A stretch of 64,000 bases of DNA from Coprothermobacterota bacterium. GTDB lineage: Bacteria > Coprothermobacterota > Coprothermobacteria > Coprothermobacterales > Coprothermobacteraceae. Both the position numbers and the translations under genes were made by a program. This document shows positions 49,230-59,297 of the stretch, piece after piece. The notes beneath the pieces were generated by a model, which made no database searches, had not been told where the DNA came from, and saw only the letters and a program-made list of their open reading frames with translations. The stretch is taken from assembly GCA_036679065.1 (NCBI GenBank), contig JAZIGN010000003.1, positions 352,001 through 416,000 of the forward strand, written 5' to 3'. Position 1 is the stretch's first letter. Every line of letters begins with the position of its first letter.

Positions 49230-49856
49230 ATGATGTCGAGGATTTTACTGACAGGCTTCGAGCCTTTTGGTGGAGAAAAAGTAAATCCTTCCGAGCTTGC
49301 TGTAAAGCAGCTGGAAGGCAAGACCATTGCTGGGCTAGAAGTGGTAACAGGAGTTTTACCAGTGGTCACAGTTAAATGCATTGACGAGGCGGTGAGACTA
49401 ATTGAGAAGTATGAACCTGTGGCTGTAATAAACGTGGGGCAAGCGGGTGGACGTGTAGAACTGAGCATAGAGAAGGTAGCTATAAACGTTAAAGACTACC
49501 GCATACCCGATAATGAGGGTAACCAAATTCGTTATGCACCTGTGGTGGAAGTTGGACCAGATGCCTACTTTGCTACCATACCCGTAGAGAAGATTGCTGA
49601 CTCACTAGTGGAAAAGGTAATTCCTGCTTCTGTTTCTTATACAGCTGGGACATACTGCTGTAACGAGGTATTCTATGGTGTTTCACATTACTTGAGAAAT
49701 AATGAGCCCGGGGTTTTGAACGGTTTTATTCACATCCCGTTCATATTAGAGCAGGCAGCAGGTGCAAAACCGCCCAGGGCGAGCATGCCTCTGGAGGTCA
49801 TTGTGAAGGGGCTAGAAATAGCCGTGGAAGTGGTCGCAGAAGGATTAGAGAAATAA
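49230..49856 (+). CDS. pcp: Pyroglutamyl-peptidase I
   Basis: LLTGFEPFGGEKVNPS, GQAGGR, EKVAIN, AGTYCCN and GFIHIP. Confidence 0.95.
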   Translation: MMSRILLTGFEPFGGEKVNPSELAVKQLEGKTIAGLEVVTGVLPVVTVKCIDEAVRLIEKYEPVAVINVGQAGGRVELSIEKVAINVKDYRIPDNEGNQIRYAPVVEVGPDAYFATIPVEKIADSLVEKVIPASVSYTAGTYCCNEVFYGVSHYLRNNEPGVLNGFIHIPFILEQAAGAKPPRASMPLEVIVKGLEIAVEVVAEGLEK

Positions 49857-49880
49857 ACACATAAACAGAATTGTGTATGT

Positions 49881-49912
49881 ATGGAGGGTGATGTGTGACT
49901 TTCACCCTCCAT
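49881..49912 (+). terminator. Hairpin after pcp
   Basis: ATGGAGGGTGA...TCACCCTCCAT, 11-bp stem. Confidence 0.65.
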
Positions 49913-50067
49913 TAGTTTGACTTAAAAACACATGGGTTTACTGAAGCTAATCATTTGGTATCATTTTTGCTGAGGGATGTCACTTTTGAAAAGTGTATTG
50001 TGTGGGTCAAAGGAAACGTAGTTGTGCTGTGTAATCTAATCCCGTAGAAAAGAGGAGGTAGTCTTTA

Positions 50068-52623
50068 GTGTTACTTAACAAAGATTTCCTGGAACGAGGT
50101 TTAAGTAGCGAAGAAGTTGCTGAGGCGCAGAAAAAATACGGGCCTAACAAACTTCCTGAGGCAAAAAAGGAAACGCTACTGCAACAATTTATCGACCAAT
50201 TCAAGAGCTTCCTGATTATCGTGCTTATAGCGGCCGCTGTTATTTCTGCGTTCTTCGGTGAACTCATTGATACGCTCGCCATTATCGCTGTGGTGTTGCT
50301 GAATGCCATTTTGGGGGTGACCCAGCAAAGACGTGCCGAGGCTGCTTTAGAGGCAGTTAAGAAACTGGCAAACCCCACTACAAAAGTCATACGTGACGGG
50401 AAACTTCAAGTCATTGATTCTGAGGAAGTTACAGTAGGCGATTTGGTGGTGTTAGAAGCCGGTGATAAGGTAAGCTGCGACGGCATCATTCTAGAAGAAC
50501 GTTCCCTTTATTTGGATGAATCAACTCTAACTGGTGAATCAGTATCGGTAAAGAAGGATGCGGTAGATCCCAGTAGCGACAAACCCACTGAAAAGAATAT
50601 GGTATTCATGGGAACCGCAGTCACAAAAGGCAGAGCAAAGGTCTTGGTTACCGCAATAGGCGCCGAGACTGAGCTTGGAAAGATAGCAACAAAAATACGA
50701 GAGGTTAAAAAGGAGAAAACACCACTGGAGCGGCAACTGGATACGTTGGGACGCTTGCTTGGTGTGCTGTTCTTAATTGTTTCAGCCGTGGTCTTTGCAA
50801 TGGGCGTTTTCCTTCAGGGAGCCTCCGTAACGGACATGCTACTCACCGCTATAAGTTTGGCAGTAGCAGCTATTCCAGAAGGATTACCGGCAGTAGTAAC
50901 CATTGTTTTGGCTCTTGGTGTGGCAGATATGGCTGAAAGAAACGCAGTAGTACGAAACCTCCCAGCTGTGGAGACTCTAGGAGCGGTGACACACATTTGC
51001 ACCGATAAAACGGGAACCTTGACGCAAAACAGGATGACCTTGGTAGGAGCATGGTTTTCCGATAAGTATGTAGAAGAGGAACAAGTCAGCCAGCAGGCAC
51101 TGGAAGAGGAGCTCCTTCGTGCCATGATTCTCTGCAACGATGCCACAAACAGTGCTGGCGACCCCACAGAAATCGCATTAATAAGCTTCTTGGACGAAGG
51201 GCTCGTAGAAGATGTTAGAAACAAACTACCACGTGTGCATGAGATTCCGTTCACTTCAGAAACCAAACGCATGACCACAGTGCATCAAGTTGACGGCCGC
51301 TTCCTAGTGGTATCTAAAGGCGCCATTGAAGTGATTTTGTCATTGTGCAACAGCGAGCTCCTAGATGGTGAGGTCAAACCACTGCCAAAAGAAAGAAAGA
51401 GACTTATTTTACAACAATCTGAGGAGTTAGCTTCTCAGGGCTTGAGAATACTGGGGTTTGCTCAGAAAGTCATTGAAGGCTCCTTGCCCAAAGAAGACTC
51501 AGAAATAGAGAAGGATCTTACCTTCTTGGGATTTGTAGCTATGAAGGACCCACTTCGACCTGAAGTTAAAGATGCTGTAGACAAATGCCGTGAGGCAGGT
51601 ATTAGACCAATAATGATTACTGGAGACCATCCAGTAACCGCATATGCCATTGCTAGGGAATTGGATTTCCCTGAAGGCAAAGTAATCACTTCTGCTGAAC
51701 TTGCTACCATGAGTGATGAAGAGCTTCAGCAGACAGTGCAGGATATTAGCATATTTGCCAGGATTAATCCTTTGGACAAACTCAGAATTGTGGAAGCTTT
51801 GCAAAAAAGGGACGAAGTGGTAGCCATGACTGGAGACGGCGTTAACGACGCTCCCGCACTGAAGAAAGCGGATATTGGCGTAAGCATGGGTAAGTCAGGC
51901 ACCGAAGTAGCGAAAGAGGCCAGTGACATGGTTCTCATGGATGATAACTTTGCCACTCTCGTAGATGCAGTATTTGAAGGGCGTACCATTTACGAAAACA
52001 TGCGTAAGTTCATTGTTTACCTACTGTCCTGCAATGTAGGAGAAGTGCTTATCATGTTCACTGCCATTCTGCTTGGTTTTCCTCCTCCGCTTATACCACT
52101 ACAACTACTTTGGTTGAACTTGGTCACTGATAGTTTCCCGGCATTAGCACTGGGGATGGAACCGGGGGAACCACACCTTATGCGTGCCAAGCCCAGAGGA
52201 CATAAGGAACCTATACTTACAAGGTATCACTATGGGATTATTGCGGTGCAAAGTATTGCTATTACTGCAGCTACTCTGATCGGTTTTGTAATTGGCCTAA
52301 ATAGGGTAGGCAGTGTGGAAGAAGCACGTACGATTGCTTACATGGTACTAGTTCTATCAGAACTTATAAGAGCTTTTTCTGCTCGCTCCTTCGAAGGTTA
52401 TGTTTTCAAGATGGGGCTGTTCTCTAACCGGTTCTTGGCGTACTCTACGTTGATAGGCATTGCACTCATGCTTGTTACGGTTTACGTACCACCCATAGCT
52501 GCTGTTTTCAAAAACGTTCCACCCACATCGACAGAATTTGCTTACATCATTGTGTTGGCTCTGGTACCTTTTACCATCTCTGAGATTGCAAAGATATTTA
52601 GGAAGAACGAAATGGGGCTATGA
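50068..52623 (+). CDS. P-type cation-transporting ATPase (type IIA, Ca2+-like)
   Basis: TGES, IPEGLP, DKTGTLT, KGA, TGD, GDGVND and LWLNLVTD. Confidence 0.95.
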   Translation: MLLNKDFLERGLSSEEVAEAQKKYGPNKLPEAKKETLLQQFIDQFKSFLIIVLIAAAVISAFFGELIDTLAIIAVVLLNAILGVTQQRRAEAALEAVKKLANPTTKVIRDGKLQVIDSEEVTVGDLVVLEAGDKVSCDGIILEERSLYLDESTLTGESVSVKKDAVDPSSDKPTEKNMVFMGTAVTKGRAKVLVTAIGAETELGKIATKIREVKKEKTPLERQLDTLGRLLGVLFLIVSAVVFAMGVFLQGASVTDMLLTAISLAVAAIPEGLPAVVTIVLALGVADMAERNAVVRNLPAVETLGAVTHICTDKTGTLTQNRMTLVGAWFSDKYVEEEQVSQQALEEELLRAMILCNDATNSAGDPTEIALISFLDEGLVEDVRNKLPRVHEIPFTSETKRMTTVHQVDGRFLVVSKGAIEVILSLCNSELLDGEVKPLPKERKRLILQQSEELASQGLRILGFAQKVIEGSLPKEDSEIEKDLTFLGFVAMKDPLRPEVKDAVDKCREAGIRPIMITGDHPVTAYAIARELDFPEGKVITSAELATMSDEELQQTVQDISIFARINPLDKLRIVEALQKRDEVVAMTGDGVNDAPALKKADIGVSMGKSGTEVAKEASDMVLMDDNFATLVDAVFEGRTIYENMRKFIVYLLSCNVGEVLIMFTAILLGFPPPLIPLQLLWLNLVTDSFPALALGMEPGEPHLMRAKPRGHKEPILTRYHYGIIAVQSIAITAATLIGFVIGLNRVGSVEEARTIAYMVLVLSELIRAFSARSFEGYVFKMGLFSNRFLAYSTLIGIALMLVTVYVPPIAAVFKNVPPTSTEFAYIIVLALVPFTISEIAKIFRKNEMGL

Positions 52624-52641
52624 AGCAGCTATAAATACTTG

Positions 52642-52678
52642 AAAAGGGGCTGGCAATGTTTTTGCCAGCCCCTTTTTT
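52642..52678. terminator. Bidirectional terminator
   Basis: AAAAGGGGCTGGCAA...TTGCCAGCCCCTTTTTT. Confidence 0.85.
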
Positions 52679-52735
52679 GTCTGGTGCGAGCTCATTTCTT
52701 ACGAATTTAAGAAGTTTTTGATAGGCTTTGGACCA

Positions 52736-53866
52736 TTATGCTTCCAGGAAGGCATTTAGCGCCTGACCTTTATCCACTTTAACGCCTAGTTCTTGACATA
52801 CTTCCAACATTCTCTTAAGAGCTACAAGCAGTTCATCTTCAGTTACGCTGCCCATGTGTCCCATACGGAACGCTTTGCCCTGAAGTTCTGCTAACGCTGA
52901 AGCCACGATTACTCCTTTAACGGCAAGCTTACTTCTAAAAGCAGCATCTTCTATGCCATCGGGGTACTTGAATACTGAGAGTGTGGGTGCTGGGTGTTTA
53001 CTAACCAGTTCAAAACCCACGGTAGTGAGAGCAGCTCTGACTTTAGCCGCCATGCGAGTGTGTTTTTCATAATAAGCCGGAAGCCCGAATTCTGTAATGA
53101 TGCTAAGACTTTTCTCCAATGCGTAAACCATGTTCACTGCTGGCGTGGCAAAGTACTTATGTGGATCTTCCATGACAGGCATCCACCGGAGAATGTCGCC
53201 GTAGTAGGTTCTAACTTTTGCCATAGATTTTCTTTTTTCAATGGCTCGCTCAGAGAAAGCAAGTAAGGTTAAACCAGGAGGTACAGCTAAAGCTTTTTGC
53301 GATCCTGTGAAAATGACATCAATACCCCACTTATCAAACTTCTGTTCAACTCCACCGGTGGCGCAAACGCCATCCACCACGATGATGGTTTCTGGGCTAA
53401 CCTCATGAACCATGTTGGCAATTGTTTCTACATCGGCTAATGTTCCAGTAGAAGTGTCCACATGCGTTATGGTGATTGCGTGGAAATGGTGTTTTCTAAG
53501 AGTACTCTCGATGCTAGTCAAGGGCACTGTTTCGCCTGCAGGAGCTTTTAAAACCTCCACGTTTACACCGAGAGTTTTCCCAATGTCAACAAAACGATCG
53601 CCAAAGAATCCATGAGACAAGACCAATAGGTTTTCTCCTTCATTCAATATGTTGGTAAGAGCCATTTCCATACCTAGGGTACCAGATCCTGCAATGATGA
53701 AAGGGAATCCTTTTTCGGCACCGAATAGTTTTCTTGTTTTGTCTAGAGCACTTGTCATGATGCTTGCAAAACGGTCATCAGTATGAGCAATGGTTTCCTT
53801 GGACAGTGCACTAAGAACCTCTTCACTTACCGGAGTCGGACCTGGAATCAAAAGTAATTCTTTCAT
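52736..53866 (-). CDS. Class V aminotransferase (alanine-glyoxylate/serine-pyruvate family)
   Basis: LLIPGPT, GSGTLGME, HVDTSTG, VDGV, GSQKAL and FRMGHMG. Confidence 0.92.
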   Translation of the reverse strand: MKELLLIPGPTPVSEEVLSALSKETIAHTDDRFASIMTSALDKTRKLFGAEKGFPFIIAGSGTLGMEMALTNILNEGENLLVLSHGFFGDRFVDIGKTLGVNVEVLKAPAGETVPLTSIESTLRKHHFHAITITHVDTSTGTLADVETIANMVHEVSPETIIVVDGVCATGGVEQKFDKWGIDVIFTGSQKALAVPPGLTLLAFSERAIEKRKSMAKVRTYYGDILRWMPVMEDPHKYFATPAVNMVYALEKSLSIITEFGLPAYYEKHTRMAAKVRAALTTVGFELVSKHPAPTLSVFKYPDGIEDAAFRSKLAVKGVIVASALAELQGKAFRMGHMGSVTEDELLVALKRMLEVCQELGVKVDKGQALNAFLEA

Positions 53867-53880
53867 ATTATTGACACCTC

Positions 53881-54360
53881 CTATCTCCTATCGAAAAAAG
53901 GATTCTTGCCACTAATACTTAGCGGGATACCATAGGCAATTTTTACATCTTCTCCCAAAATCCCTATGTTTAGGGCCGCTTTTCCCACAGAGTACATAAC
54001 ACGGTTGTCTACCCGGAGGTCGGCAGCAACGGACACAGCTGAACCTATGGCAATGCCAAGGTCTACGGCCGAAGATGTGTAACTTTCTACGCTCTCATCG
54101 GGGTTTTTTAGTTTGGTCCCTATGAGGACAACCACTTTTCCTTCAATGTTTTCTGCATCTCTGATAAAGTACTGAAAATGATTTTCTTCGCCATATCGCT
54201 TCATTTCTTCTTGCAAAGACTTTAGCTCTTCACCGCTCAGTATAGCGGTAACCAAGAAATCTTTTCCGTTCGCTTTGGGAGCAGTTCTGGCAGCAATGCA
54301 CATCCTCTTTGCTACCTCAATTAGGACATTCTGTTCCAGTTCCGGATTTAAACTCGCCAT
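53881..54360 (-). CDS. DUF2148-like protein lacking the Fe-S cysteine insert
   Basis: AARTAPK, RDAEN, DLGIAIGSA, DNRVMYSVG and GIPLSISGKNPFFDR. Confidence 0.78.
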   Translation of the reverse strand: MASLNPELEQNVLIEVAKRMCIAARTAPKANGKDFLVTAILSGEELKSLQEEMKRYGEENHFQYFIRDAENIEGKVVVLIGTKLKNPDESVESYTSSAVDLGIAIGSAVSVAADLRVDNRVMYSVGKAALNIGILGEDVKIAYGIPLSISGKNPFFDRR

Positions 54361-54444
54361 GTTGCACATTCCCCCTTTCTTTTTGTCCACGTTCTTTACT
54401 AAACACCCAAAAAAGCAAGAATGAGTTACTACTCCTATTCCATT

Positions 54445-55737
54445 TTATGAAATAGGGGACGATTTTGATATTTCAGTGCGAAAAGAATGATAACGTTTTT
54501 CTGCCAAGGTTTGGGCTGCCACTCTTATGGCATTTACTTCTTCTAAGTTGTCTATGAGAATGGAAACCACATGGGGATCTAAAGCCGATTTGGTCATCTT
54601 GTCTAAAAGTTCCAGAGCGCTTTCTGAAGGCATACCTTTTCTGTATGGTCTATCCTCCATAATCGCAGTGAAAACGTCAGCAACAGCCATGATTCTTGAA
54701 CCCAAGGGAAGGTCCACAGCTGTCAGGTGGAAAGGATAGCCTGTGCCATCAAGTCTTTCGTGGTGCAAAGAAGCCCAAGTATTTATGGTCTCAAACCCGT
54801 GAATGTCTTCGAGTGTGTGGTAGGTGTGGTAGACATGGCTTTTCATAATGCGTTTTTCGGTTTCGTCTAATTCGCTAGGCTTTTCAAGGATATTGCCGGG
54901 TATAGCAAGCTTGCCAATGTCATGCAAGTATCCTGCAACTTGTATGAGCTGGCATTCATTTGCAGAAAAACCGGCTAGACGAGCTAGCGCACCAGCTGTT
55001 GCGGCAACGCCACTAGAATGCTGAGCTGTGAATGGACTTCTGAAATCAATAATCTGTGCAAAAACCTCGGCTAGCATTACCAGGTCTCTCATGTTTAGCC
55101 AGATATTGAGTGGTTCAAGTTTACGTTGTACAATGCGTCCGAAGTATGAAGACGAAGCATCCAGCCAAAAATACTCCATTCTTGACAAAGACAAGAACGC
55201 TTTAACCACATCTGGATGAAACATGATTCCCGAGTAGTCAGCAACTTTTTCGGTTATCGTTTGTATTTGTCCTAGCACGTCTTTTCTTCTATCGATGGAG
55301 ATCGCTATTCTGTCAGCCAAGTTTATGATGTGACTCCCCAGAGGTACATCGATGTCATTGGCCCTCTTTCCCTTGCCATTGTTCCAGGGCAAATGGTGAA
55401 AACGAATCATGTTTGCTGCTTCTTTTAGTGGTTCTAGTTTCCGTAGCAGAGCGTATCCGATGAGTTCGTGGTTGTATGTTTCCCTTACTTCGAAGCTTTG
55501 TTCAGCAAACTTCAGCCTGCTTTCTAGGGATAAAAAACCGATATCATGAAGTTCGCCAGCCAGTGCTATCTGACACTGTTCTTGACTTGAAAGCCTGAGC
55601 TCTTCTGCAATGGCAAGCGCAATGTAGGCAACCTGCTCTTGATGAGTGGTCAAGATGGGGTCCGATAAGTCAGTCACCTCTGCTAAAGCTGAAACAGGTT
55701 CTATAAGCGAGATCACAAAGTCGTTATTGTAAGCCAT
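54445..55737 (-). CDS. Tandem HD / HD-GYP phosphodiesterase
   Basis: Degenerate first HD unit (LHDIG...HH), then YLHDIGK...HHERLDGTGYP...RPYRK. Confidence 0.9.
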   Translation of the reverse strand: MAYNNDFVISLIEPVSALAEVTDLSDPILTTHQEQVAYIALAIAEELRLSSQEQCQIALAGELHDIGFLSLESRLKFAEQSFEVRETYNHELIGYALLRKLEPLKEAANMIRFHHLPWNNGKGKRANDIDVPLGSHIINLADRIAISIDRRKDVLGQIQTITEKVADYSGIMFHPDVVKAFLSLSRMEYFWLDASSSYFGRIVQRKLEPLNIWLNMRDLVMLAEVFAQIIDFRSPFTAQHSSGVAATAGALARLAGFSANECQLIQVAGYLHDIGKLAIPGNILEKPSELDETEKRIMKSHVYHTYHTLEDIHGFETINTWASLHHERLDGTGYPFHLTAVDLPLGSRIMAVADVFTAIMEDRPYRKGMPSESALELLDKMTKSALDPHVVSILIDNLEEVNAIRVAAQTLAEKRYHSFRTEISKSSPIS

Positions 55738-55861
55738 ATCGTGTTTTGCACTTCAGCTTTCTTGTCATTTGTGCGCTTTTGGTTTTATGAACAGCCATGA
55801 TCCACATTAGTTGTATTTTACTTCTACTCACTCTGAAAAACAGCAGATTTGTCAAAACAGC

Positions 55862-57436
55862 CTAGTCCAATCTCAGTAGTTCGTTTCTTTGTGCAGTTAA
55901 TACCGTAGTTAGGCCTTGGAATTGTTGGAAGAAATCCAACTTCTCTGTGTGTACGGGTATGAGGTATTTAGGCTTTATGGTCTCAACCATTTCTTTTAGC
56001 CCCTGAGCGTGTATGTGGCCACTTGCATGAAATGGATCTCGTCCATCCTTTTCACCTGAGGCTTGGCCAAGACGTCCGTAAATGCGAAAACCGAACAGAT
56101 CGATCCAGTTCTTTATCTTTTCGTGATCCATAGCCATCTCCTCGTTGAAAGGTTCGCTGGAAGAGTAAATGTAGGAACCTTCATGAACATCAATATCCAG
56201 AAGGTTTGCAAAGTCATAGTATGAAAAACACAATATGTAATCGTCAGGGCGTGAGTGAATTTTTTTGGCGTCCACGGTTTTTTCCTCAGGCACCATGGAA
56301 CGGATATGCTTCTCCCAGCCACTGATGCTAGCCTTAGGAGCCACGTACATAAGTACCGATGGATCGCTAACTGGATGAGGGAGCTCAGCCGAGGCATAAC
56401 TCAAGTATTCCAGTAGGAGGATATCTTTTGGTGTGAGCACCAAGTAACGTTTAGTTTCAGCGGCAATTTTCAGGAAAGACAATAGTCTTTCTACGTTTCT
56501 TGCCCCAAAATCGGCAATAACCAATCCTTGAGTGCTTGCCACTACTTCAAGTGAACGCTGCATTACCTGTTCTTCAGTAACGGGATTTGTTTCTTCAGGG
56601 TGGGTCCCTTCCGTTATGAGAACTAAAGGGTGCAACTGAGCTGCTTCTTTGAAGAACGTTCTGGTCAGATGGCCCTTGGTCCCATGTAGCCTTAAATCCC
56701 CAGTGTAAACTATCCAACCTGCCGAGGTTTCAATAGCATACGCCATGGCTCCCGGTATGGAATGGTCAACAGGCCAGGCCTTAATGTTGTAAGAAGCCAG
56801 TTGACAGGAGTTTTCCGAGTAGGATGGAGATACAGAGAGGTAAGGGTTTTTTGTGTAGTTGCAGTTCCATACATTATTGCTAAAGCCGTCAGTATCTGGC
56901 GGTGTTTGAAGAAGATGAAAAGGCCTGGGCTGCAAACAACCCTTTTTCTCTTTTTTGAGTATGCCAGTGTCTGTGGGTTCTCTGGTGGCCACGGCAACAA
57001 GTTCTGAATAGAGCTGTGAGTTGGTATCTTGCAAAGATTTCAAGAGTGCAGCTGAAACTGACGAAGTTACTACGGGCAGGTCTTCGCGAAGATAAGGTAG
57101 ATAACCTACATGATCCAGGTGAGCGTGACTAACTAACAATCCTCCAACAGGTTTTAGGCCATCTTGTTTCTCATATGGCGACTCAAAAGCTGCTGGAATT
57201 AAGTCTTTTCTGTACAAATCCAGGGCAGGTGGTAGCAATCCCATACGAAGCAGATCATAAATTCCAAAGCCACTACGCGGTTTAAGGAATTCATCAAAGT
57301 ATTTGTTTTCCTCTCCAAAGTTCTTGCCGAAGTCCATGAGCAATGCTTGATCTTTTGTCTCATCTTGGAGAAGAATTTTGTTGCCACCAATGCAGCCCAC
57401 ACCATCCCAAAAAAGCAAATTGACCACTCTTATCAC
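55862..57436 (-). CDS. MBL/beta-CASP nuclease (RNase J-like)
   Basis: DFG, SHAHLDH, DHSIPG, YTGD, HASGH and PVH motifs. Confidence 0.85.
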   Translation of the reverse strand: MIRVVNLLFWDGVGCIGGNKILLQDETKDQALLMDFGKNFGEENKYFDEFLKPRSGFGIYDLLRMGLLPPALDLYRKDLIPAAFESPYEKQDGLKPVGGLLVSHAHLDHVGYLPYLREDLPVVTSSVSAALLKSLQDTNSQLYSELVAVATREPTDTGILKKEKKGCLQPRPFHLLQTPPDTDGFSNNVWNCNYTKNPYLSVSPSYSENSCQLASYNIKAWPVDHSIPGAMAYAIETSAGWIVYTGDLRLHGTKGHLTRTFFKEAAQLHPLVLITEGTHPEETNPVTEEQVMQRSLEVVASTQGLVIADFGARNVERLLSFLKIAAETKRYLVLTPKDILLLEYLSYASAELPHPVSDPSVLMYVAPKASISGWEKHIRSMVPEEKTVDAKKIHSRPDDYILCFSYYDFANLLDIDVHEGSYIYSSSEPFNEEMAMDHEKIKNWIDLFGFRIYGRLGQASGEKDGRDPFHASGHIHAQGLKEMVETIKPKYLIPVHTEKLDFFQQFQGLTTVLTAQRNELLRLD

Positions 57437-57979
57437 CTAACTTGTGATCACAAAAGGCAATCCATGTCCCGGATACACGGTCATGCCTGGCACAAGTATT
57501 TCCTGAAGCCTTTTTAGAGATTGCTGCATCTGAAAATCGTCTCCTCCAGGATAGTCTGTTCTTCCATAGGAAAACTGGAATAACGTGTCCCCGGTTAGTA
57601 TGAATCCGTCTCCAAGAAGACAAATGCTCCCAGCAGTGTGTCCTGGGGTATGTATCACTTGAAGCGTTTCTTCTGCCAAAGAGATTTCATCACCTTCCGT
57701 TAGGGTTTGATCGGGGGTTGTGTTATCAAGGAAAGGCACATCATCTTTATGGATGAGAAAGGGCGCGCTTACGCTCTCTTTGAGTTCTTTTAGAGCCCCA
57801 ACGTGATCAAAGTGGTAATGGGTTGCTATTATGAATTTTACTTGGCCATCAAGCTTTGCTAGTTGTTCTAGTATTTTCTCCGGGTCTCCCCCAGGGTCAA
57901 CCACTGTGATGTCAGTACCTGATTTTAGTATGTAGCAGTTACTTTTAAGTGGCGTTACCGTTACCCTGTGTAACTCCAT
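57437..57979 (-). CDS. MBL-fold hydrolase (glyoxalase II-like)
   Basis: NCY, DPG, THYHFDH, TPGHT, TGDTLF and PGHG. Confidence 0.9.
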   Translation of the reverse strand: MELHRVTVTPLKSNCYILKSGTDITVVDPGGDPEKILEQLAKLDGQVKFIIATHYHFDHVGALKELKESVSAPFLIHKDDVPFLDNTTPDQTLTEGDEISLAEETLQVIHTPGHTAGSICLLGDGFILTGDTLFQFSYGRTDYPGGDDFQMQQSLKRLQEILVPGMTVYPGHGLPFVITS

Positions 57980-58139
57980 TGGCTTCACACTCCTTATCTG
58001 TTCGGATTCAATACTGTAACATCTTTGAGCATATTATAGAAGTTCACTCAAGAAATAGTTGGTTTTATTATTGTTATTATGAAGTTCTTGCTTTACGTAG
58101 CGAAGTCATATATGAAGCAAGAAAGGGAGGCTATTTGTA

Positions 58140-59297
58140 ATGGAGTTGGAATTCCTTAAAGGTTTGAACAAAGACATTGTCAGATACCGGCGTGATCTGC
58201 ATCGGATACCGGAGGTTGGACTAGAACTTCCTAAGACGATAGCATACGTGGAAAAAACGTTGATTGAACTTGGTTTTAATCCCAAACCGTGTGGTCATGG
58301 GCTGATCTGCGATGTGGGTCATGGGGAAAAGTGTTTAGCCATTAGAGCAGATATGGATGCTCTGCCTGTTGAGGAGCTGACGAATTTGGATTATGCTTCA
58401 GAGCATCCGGGATACATGCATGCTTGTGGCCACGACGCTCACACAGCCGTATTGCTGGGAGTGGCTAAGTATTTCAGTGTGTATGAGCCACCATGTCGTA
58501 TTCGGCTTCTGTTTCAGCCAGGAGAGGAAGGTTACTTTGGTGCGGTGGACATGATCGAACATGATGCTATGGAGGGCGTGCATGCCGCCATTGGTGGACA
58601 TGTTGGTCCAGTGTTTGAAGAGGTGCCCACTGGCACATTCATGATTAAGAAGGGAACTGCCTCGGCAGCCACTGACAATTTTGAGGTGGTTTTTAAGGGA
58701 ACGGGTACTCATGGTTCTCAGCCACACAAAGGCAAAGATCCTTTCATGGCCGCTGCAACTTTTATCCTAACTACGCAGGTTCTAAAAAGTAGAGAAAGTG
58801 ATCCAAATAACCCAACGGTCATATCCATAGGAAGTGTCCATGGTGGCACGGCGAACAACATCATTCCTGAGGAAGTGTTCCTTACAGGCACAGTAAGGAC
58901 AGTAGTAAACGATGACCGAAGCCACTTTTCAAAAAGATTGGATGAAATAGCTCATGGTCTGGCAGAAGCCTATGGAGTGGAAGCTGATTTTACCTATAAT
59001 TTTGGCTATATACCAATGATTAATGATGCAGAAATGACTGACCTCATGGTCGAAGCCATTGGAAAGTATTTAGGTAAGAGCCACGTTGTTCTAACAGAAA
59101 AAGCAAACATGGGTGGGGAAGACATGGCTTACTTCTTGGAAAAGGTGCCTGGGGTTTTCTACTTCTTCAATACGAACAATCCGGAAAAGGGCATTACTGC
59201 ACCTAACCATAGTCCTTATTTCAACATTGATGAAGATGTGTTGTGGATGATGGCAGCGGCTGACATAGCTTTTAGTGAGGAATTTGCAGAATCCTAG
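58140..59297 (+). CDS. M20D amidohydrolase
   Basis: RRDLHRIPE, RADMDAL, MHACGHDAH, QPGEE and GGED. Confidence 0.92.
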   Translation: MELEFLKGLNKDIVRYRRDLHRIPEVGLELPKTIAYVEKTLIELGFNPKPCGHGLICDVGHGEKCLAIRADMDALPVEELTNLDYASEHPGYMHACGHDAHTAVLLGVAKYFSVYEPPCRIRLLFQPGEEGYFGAVDMIEHDAMEGVHAAIGGHVGPVFEEVPTGTFMIKKGTASAATDNFEVVFKGTGTHGSQPHKGKDPFMAAATFILTTQVLKSRESDPNNPTVISIGSVHGGTANNIIPEEVFLTGTVRTVVNDDRSHFSKRLDEIAHGLAEAYGVEADFTYNFGYIPMINDAEMTDLMVEAIGKYLGKSHVVLTEKANMGGEDMAYFLEKVPGVFYFFNTNNPEKGITAPNHSPYFNIDEDVLWMMAAADIAFSEEFAES

